A stretch of DNA of 64,000 bases from contig CM119372.1 of the NCBI GenBank assembly GCA_051294905.1, positions 39,124,001-39,188,000 on the forward strand. The letters run 5' to 3'. Origin of the DNA: Botryllus schlosseri. Its lineage: Eukaryota. The notes under the pieces are model-generated. The model did no database searches. It was not told where the DNA came from and saw nothing but the letters and a program-made list of their open reading frames with translations. The stretch's first letter is position 1. Every line of letters starts with the position of its first letter. Both the position numbers and the translations under genes were made by a program. Below are positions 48,241-62,035 of this stretch, piece by piece.

Positions 48241-49595
48241 GTCTATTCTTAACGGTCTTTGTCTGGATATTAAAGAAAGCAACTAAGCTACGAAATCCGG
48301 TCTAAATGTGGGCATATTCATTGTCGATTTCGGCCTTTCTGTCTCGGTACATACTCGCTCACAGAAAACTCCTTTTTAATGCCAATCGAATTCTTCGACT
48401 GTCCTTATTTTTGAGTCCATGTCGATGGCAACCCTGAGGTATTGCAAATACCAATTTACCGGATTTCGTTTGTAGTTAGACAGTATCAATACATAACTGT
48501 TATAACGAACCTAAGCAAATTTGAAACTTTTTTCAACTTCTAACTAGCAATAGTTGAATAGTCCTGGTACACACAGTGTTATACAGTAGTGGTTTGTAAA
48601 GTTTTTAGGCCGCGACTCAAATTGGAGTTTAGTGACACCTCGCGGCCCATGCCTCACATGTCGAAGAGAATGCAGTTTTCATATTGGTATGCTACGTTTT
48701 TACGGGCATGCATGACGTAGCCTGCGTAGACAATAGCTGCATGCAAATCAACTCTATGAAACATTTCAGTCGCACGCGATTTCAAATTGCGATGCATTAT
48801 GTTACTCTATTGTCGCAATTGTACTACACATGTCCGTAACAGCACTTCGTCAGCCCCCCCCCCCGAAACATTGGTCTTGGGTCCCTTATAGGATGAAAAA
48901 CCAAACTTCTATGGGGCTTTGCCCCCCACATACCCCACAGGTTATACGTGTTTTGCGTGACTTCTAATCGACATTTATTGTACTGTCTAATAAGACACAT
49001 TACTTCGCCTGAACGCGCCAAGTGCGAAAATTTTCAACAATTCATGATTGAATCGGACAGTATGATCGGGAATTGTATATATGTTGCCATCATTTTTTAT
49101 CCTCTTTGTACTCCTAATCAGATATCCCGGTAGAGCTGAATGAGGTGAAGTGGAAACTGTAGGGCCCATAAATAATGATTAACCATATTGGTGTGGTATA
49201 ATAACCTCCTTACATGATGCTGGTACGTGACCTCCTGTCTGCTATGTCAAAGATATTGAAATCGCCAAAACGCACTAAGCTAAAAGGCACAGACGAAATC
49301 AACTTGGTATTTTTCACTGGCAATTAAATTTTCCTTGCGGGTAGTCATTTGTCTTGAGGGGTTCAGATTGCCAGGACAAGAACATTTGGCTCCAGTCATT
49401 TAGGCACTTATGATCAAGGTCTATGTATAAATATCGAAGTTTTCGGTCAGCATAAGGACAGTCCAGCTCGACCCATGTTTTCTCGCCGCCGATCGTTCTG
49501 ACATACTTCTTGAGGTCGCATGGCATGAAATTCTATGTGTCTTGGTGCGTCGTGGCATGGTAATGGCCGACGCCGAAAAGCCCATTTCTATAAAT

Positions 49596-50381
49596 CAGAG
49601 GTCTCAAACTCAAATGTGCTCGCGGGCCAATTTCCTACTTTTCGATGGCGCCGCGGGCCGCAGCAGCAATAATAGGGGAATGTATTTTCGAGTAGGCCTT
49701 ATTTGACGGGACCTTGCAGGCTGACATTTCACACGCAATATGAAAATGTGATTTACTATTGTGAATCCAAGAAAAAAAATCATATTTTAAAATATTTGAA
49801 AAAAATTATTGCTGTACTTGGCATAGTTGTTGTATATTTAGTTAGTTGTAGACACCATGCTAGAGTAGAAATGCATCAGGACATCGTAAAAGTTGTCGCG
49901 CTATAATTTTGCAGCTAGCGGACTTTTGACGTGTCACAGTTATATGTGAAATATTTTAGAATTTTACAAAGATTTATCTGATATCAGAGCATTGGAGCAG
50001 TACAGTCTAATCCGTGTTTCGGGCATACTCCCGATAACAAGGCTATTGATTATGTCATTAGCTGAGTCAAATTAAGTCAGCGTTAGATTTATTGCCGAAT
50101 ATTAGAACAGATCTACATCAACTTGAATATAATGATTACTGTCCCATAGCAATAGCAATGTCCAATCGCCGAAGCATTCATTGATCTTCCACTGCGCGGT
50201 GACTTTTGAAAGTGATGTAATAGTGAAGTTCGATGTGTAGTTTCAGGCGTCTGGAGTAGTTTTGGGGCGAATTTCCAGTTTTCAAATTAAAAAAATATAT
50301 TTGGCAGTTAAATATTTTCGAATACTTCGAAATCCAAAATACCGTCGCGGGCCGCGCTAAATGGTCTCGCTGTGACCTCTG
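49596..50381. mobile_element. hAT MITE (CAGAGGTCTC family)
   Basis: Ends CAGAGGTC / GACCTCTG; exact TSD CTATAAAT. Confidence 0.85.
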
Positions 50382-52161
50382 CTATAAATCATGGAATTTT
50401 TTCTTTTTTTGGAGAGGGCGGATGAGGGGGGGTAGTACCCAATAATGTAGACGTCTGAAAACACTAAATCGCGCATAGCGATAAAACATTTTAGCAAAAG
50501 TTGCATAAATTGCAAAATAATTATAATTTATGCTAATTTACGAAATGATTTTGGGCCGCCTTTGAGCTCCGGGTTGGGGGTGCGGCAGTTACGGCCCTGG
50601 ACTACATTCGTACCACTCAGATTGCAAGGACGGAACTGTGCCGATACCGACCATTTTGACAACTGGACATATCGATGGCCCAGATTTTGGGTAACCAGCT
50701 ACGGTAATTCTTCGCCAAGGCTTTATCGCCGCCGTTCTGTTTGGCACCGCACTTTACCGAACCGCATGCTGGCCGGAATTTCATGTCTTCATGTGTACCG
50801 GTGCGAAAGGGTTTTGCCTCTAAATACATGTGTATCACAGCCCCGCACCCACTCGTGGCCTACTCCTACACTAAATCAGAAATCTCATCATGAATTCAAA
50901 CCAATACGTGTAATACAAAGGTCGATACAATTTCCTGATAAAGTGATGCTGTAGTAAAGACTTTTCTGATTTTCTCTCTCATTGTCAACAGCCCCACTAC
51001 AGTGACCTATAGGATATTTGAAAACTACTCACAGAAATTATTCAGCTGTCACTGCTTCATAGAATATTACATTGATACCAAGATATCAATACTTTAAGAA
51101 CTCCTGTCATATGACTGATAACATGTTGTTTACTGTGATAGCGTACATGCAAATAGCATGTTTATTGTTTATATCTACCGTGAAATTACCGTATTCATTG
51201 CAGTAAAAGCAAAACGCATGTCATCAACTGCACTTTAATTTATACACAGTGGAAATCTATAATTTATTTAATACAGTAATCCTCTGTGATATTTACCATT
51301 TAGATGCAGCAATGCGTAATTTGTAGAACACCACAAAAATGTCAACGTCGTTATTCTCGATAACTTTGCGATCTGACAGATCATCGCGGCGTGATTGCGT
51401 CTACTAACTTGCGGCTTGGCCACATTGCATTTTCTAAAGCTTGACCAACTCAACGCTAGCATTCCTGTAAAACGCTTACGAAGACTGCCTTCGTATTTAC
51501 CACGTATGATGAAGAATAGTGTAGTTTCTGAGCGGCATCTACAATTTGTACGATGATTGTGCAATGAAACAGCCGAAGGAGATAGTTGATACATCGAATA
51601 TACGTGTCGATCTTCAATAAGTGCCAACGAAATGACAATTACGTCAGCAGGGTATCTAAATCCAGCCTCACGGCGGCTCGCCTTTAGTCGATCTAGTCAA
51701 TTGCTATAAATCAGGAAACTTCGTAGACTTGGGTATTTAAGACTGTATACTTACTGGAGCATAGCAACTTGATAAAGATACTGTGTCTGAATAAAACTGA
51801 TTACTTGGCCGATATAATGATTAAATGAATGACAGATGTTGTCAAGTTCTATTTTTCAAATTGAGAAATAAACGTTTATTTGAATTGTCGCTCGTGAGCT
51901 TTGTGTATGGTAGAATCATAAATAATTGACAGTAAAAGTGTTAGAAAGTTGCCACGTTTATCAGATCAATACCTCCTTGGAATAATATTCAGTCGATGGC
52001 AACCTGCAGGAAGCTGTCATCCCTGTGCTAAATAACTGATCCACTATCAGGACCGAGTGATGTTAACCAAACTTGTTATGTTAGCAACAACAATGACTTT
52101 CCCACGTCCTTATCATGACAATACCTCGATAACAAAGTACATGAAGGCATGGGGCGTAATC

Positions 52162-52497
52162 TAGGGTTACCATTTGTCCTCCTTTAGGAGGATTTGCCCT
52201 CCATTTTCAGGTTTTTGAAACTGTCCTCCGCGGACGCCTAAATGTTCTCCTTTTTGGCGATTCGTCCTCCTTTACAGCTTTTAGAGCAAAGAAAATGGAT
52301 AGATTCGAGTAAAAGGGACATAACTGACGCTAAATGGGAAATTCAGGGTTCGAACGAAAGCGACGTCCTTTTTTTAGTCAGCCAACCATAATGTCGGGAG
52401 AAATTTACCATTTTTTTTGAATTTTACTGCAGTATTGAAGTCTGAAAAATTTGGAAAAAGTGTCCTCCTTCCCCGATTGCAAAATATAGTTCTTCTA
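52162..52497. mobile_element. TAGGGTTACCA-type MITE, decayed
   Basis: Left end TAGGGTTACCAT with repeated TGTCCTCC motifs; right end degenerate. Confidence 0.5.
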
Positions 52498-53078
52498 TGA
52501 TCCATCCCACTTGTAGCGTTATTGGAAACAGCTATTCTGAGCGTGTGTCATGTCCCGTTCACGGACTGCATGGATGTGAACCATGCCAAGTTTATCAAAA
52601 TCTATTTAACGACAGCAAATCTTGATGTAATATTGCACTGAATCACCATGGCATAACGATAAAACTGAAATTAATCCTACAAATGTAAAAGCATTTTCCA
52701 GATCTACTGCAAAACAATATTAAAAATATTTCTAAAAATCATCAGTATAACAAGGTCAAACAGTGAATCACACGCCATCGACTGGTCAACACTCTCTCAA
52801 CACATTTTATGTCTAGTCAATGCAATGGCTTTTCCATTAATCCATATTATCAAGGGTGAGGGTATGACTGTCGAAAATAACGGGGAGATTGCGCTTGATT
52901 TCGAGGCGATAGGGTCCATGGATTCATTCGTATATTTATACGGAATAATTGAAAGCAATCGATCTTGTTATATCGTTGACACGCCCTCATCACACCCATC
53001 TCGGCACACCTCAATCTCACGATCAATCCCAGCATAGGAGATTGTACAGTATACACGTTCTATCGCAGTGATATCTAG

Positions 53079-53502
53079 CAGAGATGAGCGGATTCGGAAT
53101 TTCTATGTCCTAATCTAAACCAAATCCGAACCTTCAAATCCATATCCAAATCCTAATCCATAACTTTTTCATATTCAAGTCCATGTCCAATCCTAATCCG
53201 ATTCTAACTGGAAATTCAGAAAAAATGCTAATTTATGCAAGGGAGGAATTGGAAAGTTTCCTTTCACAACCAACGATTCCCTAGATTCAAGATAACTTAA
53301 TAATCATTAAGTTAACGACTGATCTGAATAAAGTTTGTCGCCATTCACCACACGACATATCGATCTCCCAGAAAACAGGTAAATTCAATCCAAATCCTAA
53401 TCCGTTCAGAGAAAAAACTCTAATCCTAATCCAATCCAAATCCGACAAAACTTCACAAATCCTGTTTTTTCAAATCCTAATCCTCATCCATGCTCAGCAC
53501 TG
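53079..53502. mobile_element. (AATCC)-armed MITE
   Basis: Ends CAGAGATGAGC / GCTCAGCACTG; TSD ATATCTAG/ATATGTAG; repeated aatcc/aaatcc motifs. Confidence 0.75.
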
Positions 53503-55018
53503 ATATGTAGTTTTAGATATCCATCGCAAGCAGCTCTTCAAGCGGGGTCACGTGCGATCCTGCTCTCGTCTTTGTAACAAGCGTACAGGACAGCGGCACA
53601 TAGTATTGTCTCGAAGAAATCCAAAATACACAAAAGCATGTGAAGCGCTAGCAATGTCTGTAGTTCGAACAGTAAGAGACGACCTTGCATGATCTGTAAA
53701 GTGGTTACAGTGTTAGTTTATATTCTAACTATGGGTCCATGAACCCTTTGGGGGCCTGTGGACTAGTTTTAAGGGGCTCATAAAAGAGCAATGTTGAAAC
53801 TAGAACTATAAACTTTAAAACAAAATAAATTACATAATAGGTTGCGGGTTTCTAGTCCGATCGAGGTCTATCCAGAATCCTTGCCACGTATTGAAGGTTT
53901 ATCTTGGTTGCTCCTCGCCATCTGATCCGGGTAAGCGGCGTCCTAAATTAGTTGTCATTTTCTGCCTAAATGCGTTCTGTTGGCTGTTGTACCGTACGGA
54001 TGGCTTAACAATCACTCACAATAGTATTAAGTTGTGTATAAGCTTTTGTTACTCTGCATTAAACCAAGTCACGTCATAACCGCGCTGTCATGTTTATAAA
54101 AGTTACAAAAATTAGAAAGACATTGATATTTCTATATCGATGTACGCTTAAACCAGTGACGAAGCTACAGGCTAAGACAGGTGGTAATTATATCAGTGTG
54201 TAGCCTACCTATCCGATTATTGTATCAACGTCAAAAAGATATATACATTTTGTTCGAAATATGTCGAATGAGGTGTAAAGTATGTCAAGTCAAAGATTGC
54301 AGATGTATATGTATGGCAAATCGTGTGTGGGGTTCCCGGTGCTAGGGTGGTGGATTAAATAAATATCATATCGGGGGTATTTTGTTCTTCAGGCGTCTGA
54401 TATGGAAGTAAGCTGTATACGGCATTATTGCTTTAAGGAACATTAAGCTCAGGCCAATTACCACGAACAATGGAAAATATCATGGATAGGCCTATACAAA
54501 TCGGTAGGTCGAACCCATTACCAAGTTATAATTTTATTCAAGAAACAACTTTTCGTTCTTGTACAAATAGTTACTCACCAATTGCATCTCGTTGTAAAGA
54601 CTATGCGTAGAAATAAAGATTCGAATTTCGAGAATCGCGGCTAGCACCGACATCACCCCGACTACGATTGCGCAAAGTATTACAGATATCATCTAAACAT
54701 CAAATATAATATGTTAATATGTATTCCGAGAACAGATATGGAGTAATTGCTAGTTCCGAGTCAATACCACCAATTGACTCCCTCGGGGATATATAGCTAT
54801 TAATGCTGTGGTTCAAACACAATATCCACGTTTTCAGATTGTCCAACATTATTGTATTGTCATATACTGTAGTTAGGAAATGCCGGAAAAGATAAACGTC
54901 ACGTTGATATATCTATGTTTTATAGTGGCGTTGTATTAAATTTTCTTCTCACTAAGAGCCATAATCATGTACATATTTGAAGATGTTCGATATTAATTCC
55001 GTGAAGTAAAGTCACCAC

Positions 55019-55290
55019 GGTGGCGAGATAGCGTAGTGGTATAATCCACAGCTGCAACACCAATGGGTTGCGGGTTCGAGTCCGACCGAGGTCGATTCCA
55101 GAATTCGTTCTTAAGTGTTGGAAGTTTATCTAGGCGCCACCTCACCATGTCATCCGCGTAAGCGGTGTCCTAAAAAGCCTAGAAGTTGGTCGTGCTGAAA
55201 TCCGGCAGCAACGGAATAAAAAATAAGGAATATCGGCCTGGTGTAAATGACCATCCGGTCGACAAACACCATAGTGAACATAGTGACATA
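55019..55290 (+). mobile_element. tRNA-derived SINE, most complete copy
   Basis: A-box-like TAGCGTAGTGG, B box GGTTCGAGTCC, ~200-bp body shared with 1337, 31540, 45655, 53839 and 37190. Confidence 0.8.
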
Positions 55291-57458
55291 GTGAACTATA
55301 GTATATAAAATGAACTCGGTGAATTTAACGTAACGCACAAAACCTGATTGCATCGCGTAGGCTATGTATGTCTAAATATGATAGATAGATATGGTAACCT
55401 ATAAATTATAAGACCTGTCTTACATGTGAATTAGAAAAATTGAATGTACACCCAATACGAATACGAATTCGCCAATGCTTCATGTGAATGCCTTCAAAGT
55501 ATGAATGAAATACCGATAATTATACATACCTTACAAAACCCATTGAAACTCCCCGCGATGCATAATAGGAACGTTCCGAATACAATGAACTGCAGTATAA
55601 AAATATCAGTTAAATCCTGTGTGACAACGTCCCATAAATAAGGTACAGAGGAGTAAATATAATAAACTCTCTCAGTTTGAATATATTAGGATTAGACTTT
55701 AATCATTACAAAGCATATGCAGACCCTATATACGACCTACACACATTAATTCGCTATCAGTAAACGAGCATTTGCGTTCTTGATTCACACAGCCATTTGT
55801 TTTTGACGTACTCAATATAACCTCGAATTTGCTGGTTTAATTTTATCCCTACCATAAATATAAACAATATACACAAAAATGTGTTTGGCAACGTCGGCCA
55901 GACGTAAGTTATGTCGGCGCCAAGGGTTCAATTGGATTTATCTGCCACGCATATAATCCCGGAAAGGATTGAACAAAACATTCGGTCATCTACCCGAGAA
56001 CATAGCCAGTGCTATCATCATGGGAACCTAGCCAGGATTGACTGCTAAAGTTTCTAAACCAAGATCAGTGATCAAGGTAGGTGATGGTAATAATGCTGTT
56101 TTAAACTTACCACGATTCCCACGTAAAGACCGGGGTCTAATAGTGCAAAGAATCCCCTATTCAGCAACGGACTGAAAGCTATCCCACCAAGAACAGCGCA
56201 CAGTAATCCGACAGCAATGTGGTATTTCTGAAGTAAAACAGGGAACATTCTGAGATATTCTCACGTACGAACGATACTTTAGTACGCGGCAGAATAATTC
56301 TCAGTTATAATATTTCTTTATATTATTAGGTTTATTATTCCTGAAGGCAGGTCAGACAATATAGTTATATGTGGAATATTAGGACACATCATACACGCAA
56401 TTTCTGACGCAATGGTAACGGTGATAATACTTCGACTTCGGATAGAAGAAATAGTATAATAGTGACTTAATATGTGGTGTACCCACGCATGACAACGCTA
56501 AATCAGATTAAACGTCATCACTGATATCTTCATTGTCGTTATTCCATGTAATAAGTTTGTAATACTTCTGAATCATAAGACTTTCGGATTGCTACATAAA
56601 TTGGCGCCTAAAAACTAATTACTATATCAATTGTCAATATTAAGGCGTTACAGAATGCATTTATAATAGTCATCTAAAACTCGGTTAATATATACCCGTA
56701 ATAACAATAAGACATAACTTTACGAAAATTAAGCTTACAGAAGTCGATTACAACATGCTGAAGTCTCACGCTGGCGTTGAAAAGTCAATTAGGTCGTTAA
56801 ATCAACTTAATAAAGGGGGGCAAACATCGGATAAAGCGCATATATTTTCTTAACGTTACAGCATTGGAAGCTATAGTAGTCGATCCATTGTCTGATAAAT
56901 ACACTAATGAGTCTTCACGCCCAGATCAAGTATACTTAGGAGAGATCGGCGGGTACATTTGCGTCGGGAATGCACGGTGAAGTTGTTACAATATTTTCCG
57001 TGGCTATATTGTGATCATAAGACATTGGAAATCGTGGATAAGACAGTGAACAATAATTACTTACCGCGAAAAAGTGCTTGCTTTTTGTCTTCATTTCGTT
57101 TGCAGATTCCCCTTCTACACGATTTTGCTTTTTATAGCTAAAAGCTAGGTTATTGAATATGTTGATAATAATAATTTAAGTTATTCCGATTATTAGTTGA
57201 AACTATTTACAACTCCAATAATTTTCTGTGTTATTCGAATACGAATGAGCGGAACAATTTCCACCATTCTAATGAACATGTATACAGAGTGTCTCTACTA
57301 ATGGTTCCGAACCTTTTTGGATGTCGTGCTGCATTTCAAACTTCAGAGTACGTATGGAGCCGGATGAAAACACTCGAGTAGGCTACTTATAACGAAAATT
57401 TGAAGGTAACCAGCTTATCTCTGGATCTCACCATCCAGCTAATTCAAAAGCATGTACA

Positions 57459-57745
57459 TCAGGGGTGTCAAACTCAACTGACGTCGCGGGCCGGATTCAA
57501 CACTTCAGATCGCTCGCGGGCCGCACCAAAATTCCTCAATTCGAAAATACCTCAATATCCGTGCTCTTATTTTTCATGTGAATACTTCATTAACCAGCGT
57601 ATATACACAATAGACAGTAGGCTATATCACATCATATTACGGATCATAGTGGTTATATTCTAGCTGCACCTTTTATTCGCAAACAGTGGAATTGGCAATA
57701 ATAACATGATGATTGGGCGCCTGAATACAGTTAAAAGCCGAGAGA
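57459..57745 (+). mobile_element. Left part of hAT MITE (family of 19019-37184)
   Basis: CAGGGGTGTCAAACTCAACTGACGTCGCGGG... Confidence 0.75.
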
Positions 57746-57757
57746 ACAGTGGTGTAG

Positions 57758-58278
57758 TAGGGCTGGGCACAATGATTCGAGCACTTGAATCTGAATCGAG
57801 TATTAATTTTTATGATTCGAGTCGAGTAGTAAAAGACGATTTTTTCGAGTACCGAAATTATACGCTTCTCGTCACTAAAAGTTAATATATCAACGAGAAT
57901 TGTAGTTTCGATACTAATTTTCACTGTTGAAGCCTTGCAACCTTGATTGGCGGTATACCGTTACATCGTAGCAATACCAAACATCTAGTACAAAGGCACG
58001 AAGGTTACTGGACGTAGCACATTTCCGAAGTCATGGTTATCCCACAACATTGTCACCAGGTGGAATGAATGGTCGAAAAAATACCAAAGTATCTTTTATG
58101 AGATGGATAACAGGCATTATAATCTTTGTGGTGGCATTTACGGTACGTATTTGAACTTTGACATGTTACAATCTGTTATGACGTCATAATGGCTGATACT
58201 CGATTACTCGACTCGACTCGAAGCATATTACGTGATTCGAAATCGAATCACTCAGGTACTCGATTTTGCCCAGCCCTA
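57758..58278. mobile_element. MITE (family of 7703-8224) inserted at the 5' end of a Penelope remnant
   Basis: TIR TAGGGCTGGGCA; exact TSD TGGTGTAG. Confidence 0.9.
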
Positions 58279-58860
58279 TGGTGTAGTGTACGAATATAAG
58301 TGCCACTGTGATTGTGGCTACGTGGGAAGAACGTCAAAGCGTCTGCAGGAACGCATAAACCAGCATGTCCTCAAATTTATCAGAACACGTGCATCACGCT
58401 CGGTGAAAAGCTCGCCCTTAACTCATCCACTAAGCTCGATGGTGACCAATCGAAGGCCATTAATTCTGCAATCTGCAAACATCTGTTGGATAATCCGATT
58501 TGTGCGAATAATTATAGAGACGACAAATTTCGTGTTATTGGGAGGGGTCGTTCAAATTTCCGCTTGTGTGCCTTGGTGTCGACTTTTATCAAAATACACC
58601 TACCGAAACTCTGTCAACAGAAGGAGTTCGTGTGCCACCTGGGAATAGTGCACTGAACGCTCTCTCATTCGAAGTTTCATGCTGGTGACGTCATATTTTG
58701 TGACACGATTGCTGATATACAATGTTCTTTCTTATTCTCTACTAGTTGCTGACGATTACCCCTTACGAGTGTCAGCCCGAAAATATTCGGGTTCATTTCA
58801 ATATGAATATACTATTCAGTTGTATACTGAAGTTCTGTACCTCCAAGAATCACTTCATAT
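58279..58860 (+). pseudogene. Penelope-like GIY-YIG 3' remnant with pLTR, decayed hammerhead (58748-58793) and tail
   Basis: GVVYEYKCHCDCGYVGRTSKRLQERINQH, then after a frameshift SAICKHLLDNPICA...PKLCQQKEFV; hammerhead core mutated to CTTACGA; tail GAAGTTCTGTACCTCCAAG. Confidence 0.85.
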
Positions 58861-61800
58861 AACTATTCACAGAAACAAACAAAAACTGTCGACTGTTATA
58901 GTTTTGAGGCATATTTAGAGGTCAATCAGAGCCGCGGTTGGGAATCACAGGTCTATACTGTATAGTACTATACGTAGCATACGCATATACTTTGAGTTTT
59001 TAGATCCCGTTACTCAATATAATGTAAATTTATTGTGACGTCGCTGCTAACAAGCAATAATTTGTAGTATAGATATGCAATGAACAATCGATTGGCGAAT
59101 GGTTGTCTGTATCAATTCTATCAATACTATTCTCAAGACGCGAGTAGCATAATTCAAAAAGGCCCTCGGTTCAACTGCGCAATATGTGACGACTCAACTT
59201 TATGATAAACTGCAGCGCGTACTTGATATGATAAAAATTTTCGTCGTACAGTGATTTATTAGTATATCTCATATGGAAAGAATAGTGGTTGATCGTTTGC
59301 CATAAATATCTCGACATCACTGATGTTTTATCGACGCATATAGGTCAAATCATATCCGCATTGATCAGGCTATCTCACATATCGACAATCAGCACTATCG
59401 CCAGTGAGGAAACATCTATTTTTACGCATGGATATTGGATATGAATTAGAACATTGCGTCGTCACGTTGTAGCTTATTCGAATATGGTCAGTAGAAACAA
59501 AGCCTATATAGTACGCCTGTCGTCTCGAGAATGCTCAAAGTGTTTAGATGTAGAGAATCAATGCCTATTTCTATCTTGATCTTCTGAATACGAGGAATAT
59601 TTACAACGTAACGCGCGTATGCCATACTGCCTCACCCACGTCTAAGAATCACACCCGCCCTTTACACTTAGGTCGTGTTTATTCTGCAAGGTTGAGCTAT
59701 TTGAGGCGTCCACTTGGAGTTGGGCCTTACCGATCAAAACCACAATAGGAATATAATACAATGACTTACAATATCGCGTCACCCTGATCCCTTCATATAC
59801 CTTCAAATTCATCCATCATTGAAAGAGATCTGTTCTATTTTGGTTGTTTTCATGGCAGATCTGTTGTGTGAAATCGTATTGTGTACAGATTTGACTTGAT
59901 GTTGACGAACGAGTCCTCACCGAATACCAATGAGATTAGAAATCGCCATTTACTTTACGATTCGGAGTGGCAGTGCGAACCCTAAGGTTTGCTATTACTA
60001 TTGGTTCAATTTTAAGTAAATCTGTACGTTACCATTTGATGTGCGAAGTGTTCGCATTTCAACATCGCATAGTTACCAACATCTGAATATCATGTCCCCG
60101 ATAAAAATCTTTCGGTCCCTGGATATATTTAAAAAAAATAGTACACCCCCGTGAACAGAAACCGAATCCCCACTACCCCAAGCAGATGTCATCATAGCAT
60201 TGGGTGTGCCGAACTTGAATACACATACGCCTAATTGTACACATAGATGAGCCGCAGCATGGCTTTACACTGTACGCCGCGGTATCGTGACCGTGACCTT
60301 ACTCCGTTTTTTTTGCTGTTTACTACACCCCTGCATAATACTATTCAGTAAACTTATATTTAACATATTGGAGAAGATGGGGCACAACAGGTCATAATCA
60401 CATTTTTAGTTATAAAAATATTACTAATCCAGAAATATCAATTAACTTAAGCAAAACGATGGACGGACATCCAACGCACATTTCCAAAGAAAAATGATAT
60501 GAAAATACGAAGAAATAATCAAAGCACAGCCAATTGACAAACGTACCTTTCTTGTTCCATAGGTGGGGTACAACGGGGCAAGAGGTGGAGCAAAACGGGA
60601 CAGTATTAAAATTTAACATTGCAGCAGTTCGCAAGAAAATGAGAACTGCTGAAAAATGATGGATCAGAAGGTGCCTTGGACCAGTTTTAGTATACTCCCC
60701 AAAGTTTGGAATCGCATTCAAACTTGCACGAAGATCGCTGCCAGCTCATGAAACCACATTGATTATAAGGGGGAGGGGGGTGAAATAAACCCAATGCCTC
60801 CATTTATTGTGTGACGATTCAAGATATGTTTTTAATGGGGTAGTGGTGATCGTTATGCTTCTGTGCACTCTATGTTGATTTGTTTATATTTTGTAAAATT
60901 TGCCTCTTGTTATCAATGGAACATTGTGCCCCAACCTCCAAATATGCCCAACCCACTTGTTCATTGCAACAAACGCAATACTGCGCCTAAAATAGCATCC
61001 CAGTCAACAAAAGTGTGTATATTTAATGCCGGACCAGGCGAAGATAGTGAAGGAGAGAAGGGATCGCAGCCGTTTTCTCATTATAGTGAGGCGGCACCTT
61101 GGATGTACAAAAACTGATCGCTCTCAAATTCAAAACATCGATTGTTGTTCTTTCCATCGACGGCCGGACGGATTGGTGTCAACGCTATTAACCGCCGTGA
61201 CGTTCCTTCAGTCTAGCTTTGCCAATGAGCTTTGCCAATATTTGTGAGCAATTGAGCGTGGAGTGATTGTGATGACATAAGTCATCGGATGTTGTTTACG
61301 GCTGCACACTTGAGTTTTAATTATATTCCGCCGAACCGGCGAATTGTATTTCCGAGATTACAGCGATGGCAGGGAATATGAATGGAGTTCTTCGTTGAGA
61401 TAAGTTGTGTCGTCTCCAAGTAGAGACTTATGAAGAATGTGATTGGAGTAGGCTGACTCTGGATCTCCTCTCTTAACTGATACGATACATGAACTCCAAA
61501 TGGACGAATATCTTATTAAAATACCGTTGAAAAATTGCTGGTAATATCCTGGTAAAACCAATTACTCCAGTAAATAAAACAATATATGAACAGATCAACA
61601 ACAACAAAACAATACTGGCTACTCTCACCACGTCGCTCACGTAAATGAACACACGTGCGCTCCAAAGCAGTATAAGTGGCGAGTGAGCCATAAAGAAAAT
61701 AATATCCACCGTGACAAGTTGAGTAAGAGATAGTTCTGGCAATTGATGAAATTTTATACATGCTCGGTTAGATGGGTATTCCTAGTCAAATGGTGTTTCG

Positions 61801-62035
61801 TGTAGCAGTTTAGTCAGATTAACTGCTCGTTTGTGGTAGGCTGGTAAATTGGAGTTAATATAAATGCTTACTTTACTTTTCCGTGGCCTGAAGTGTCAGA
61901 TTGGCGGCGGTGAACAGTGTGATACTTGACAAATTATTTGAGCTCTGAACGTAATGCGTACAACCTGTCCGTTGATGTTTGTAATGCTAAACCGCGGAAG
62001 TGTGTCGTTACCCCGTACCGAATATTGGTGTGTTG

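Noticed and set aside
55019..55100. tRNA gene
   Set aside because: Has A/B boxes but no convincing cloverleaf, and continues into a body repeated at several loci, so it is a SINE head
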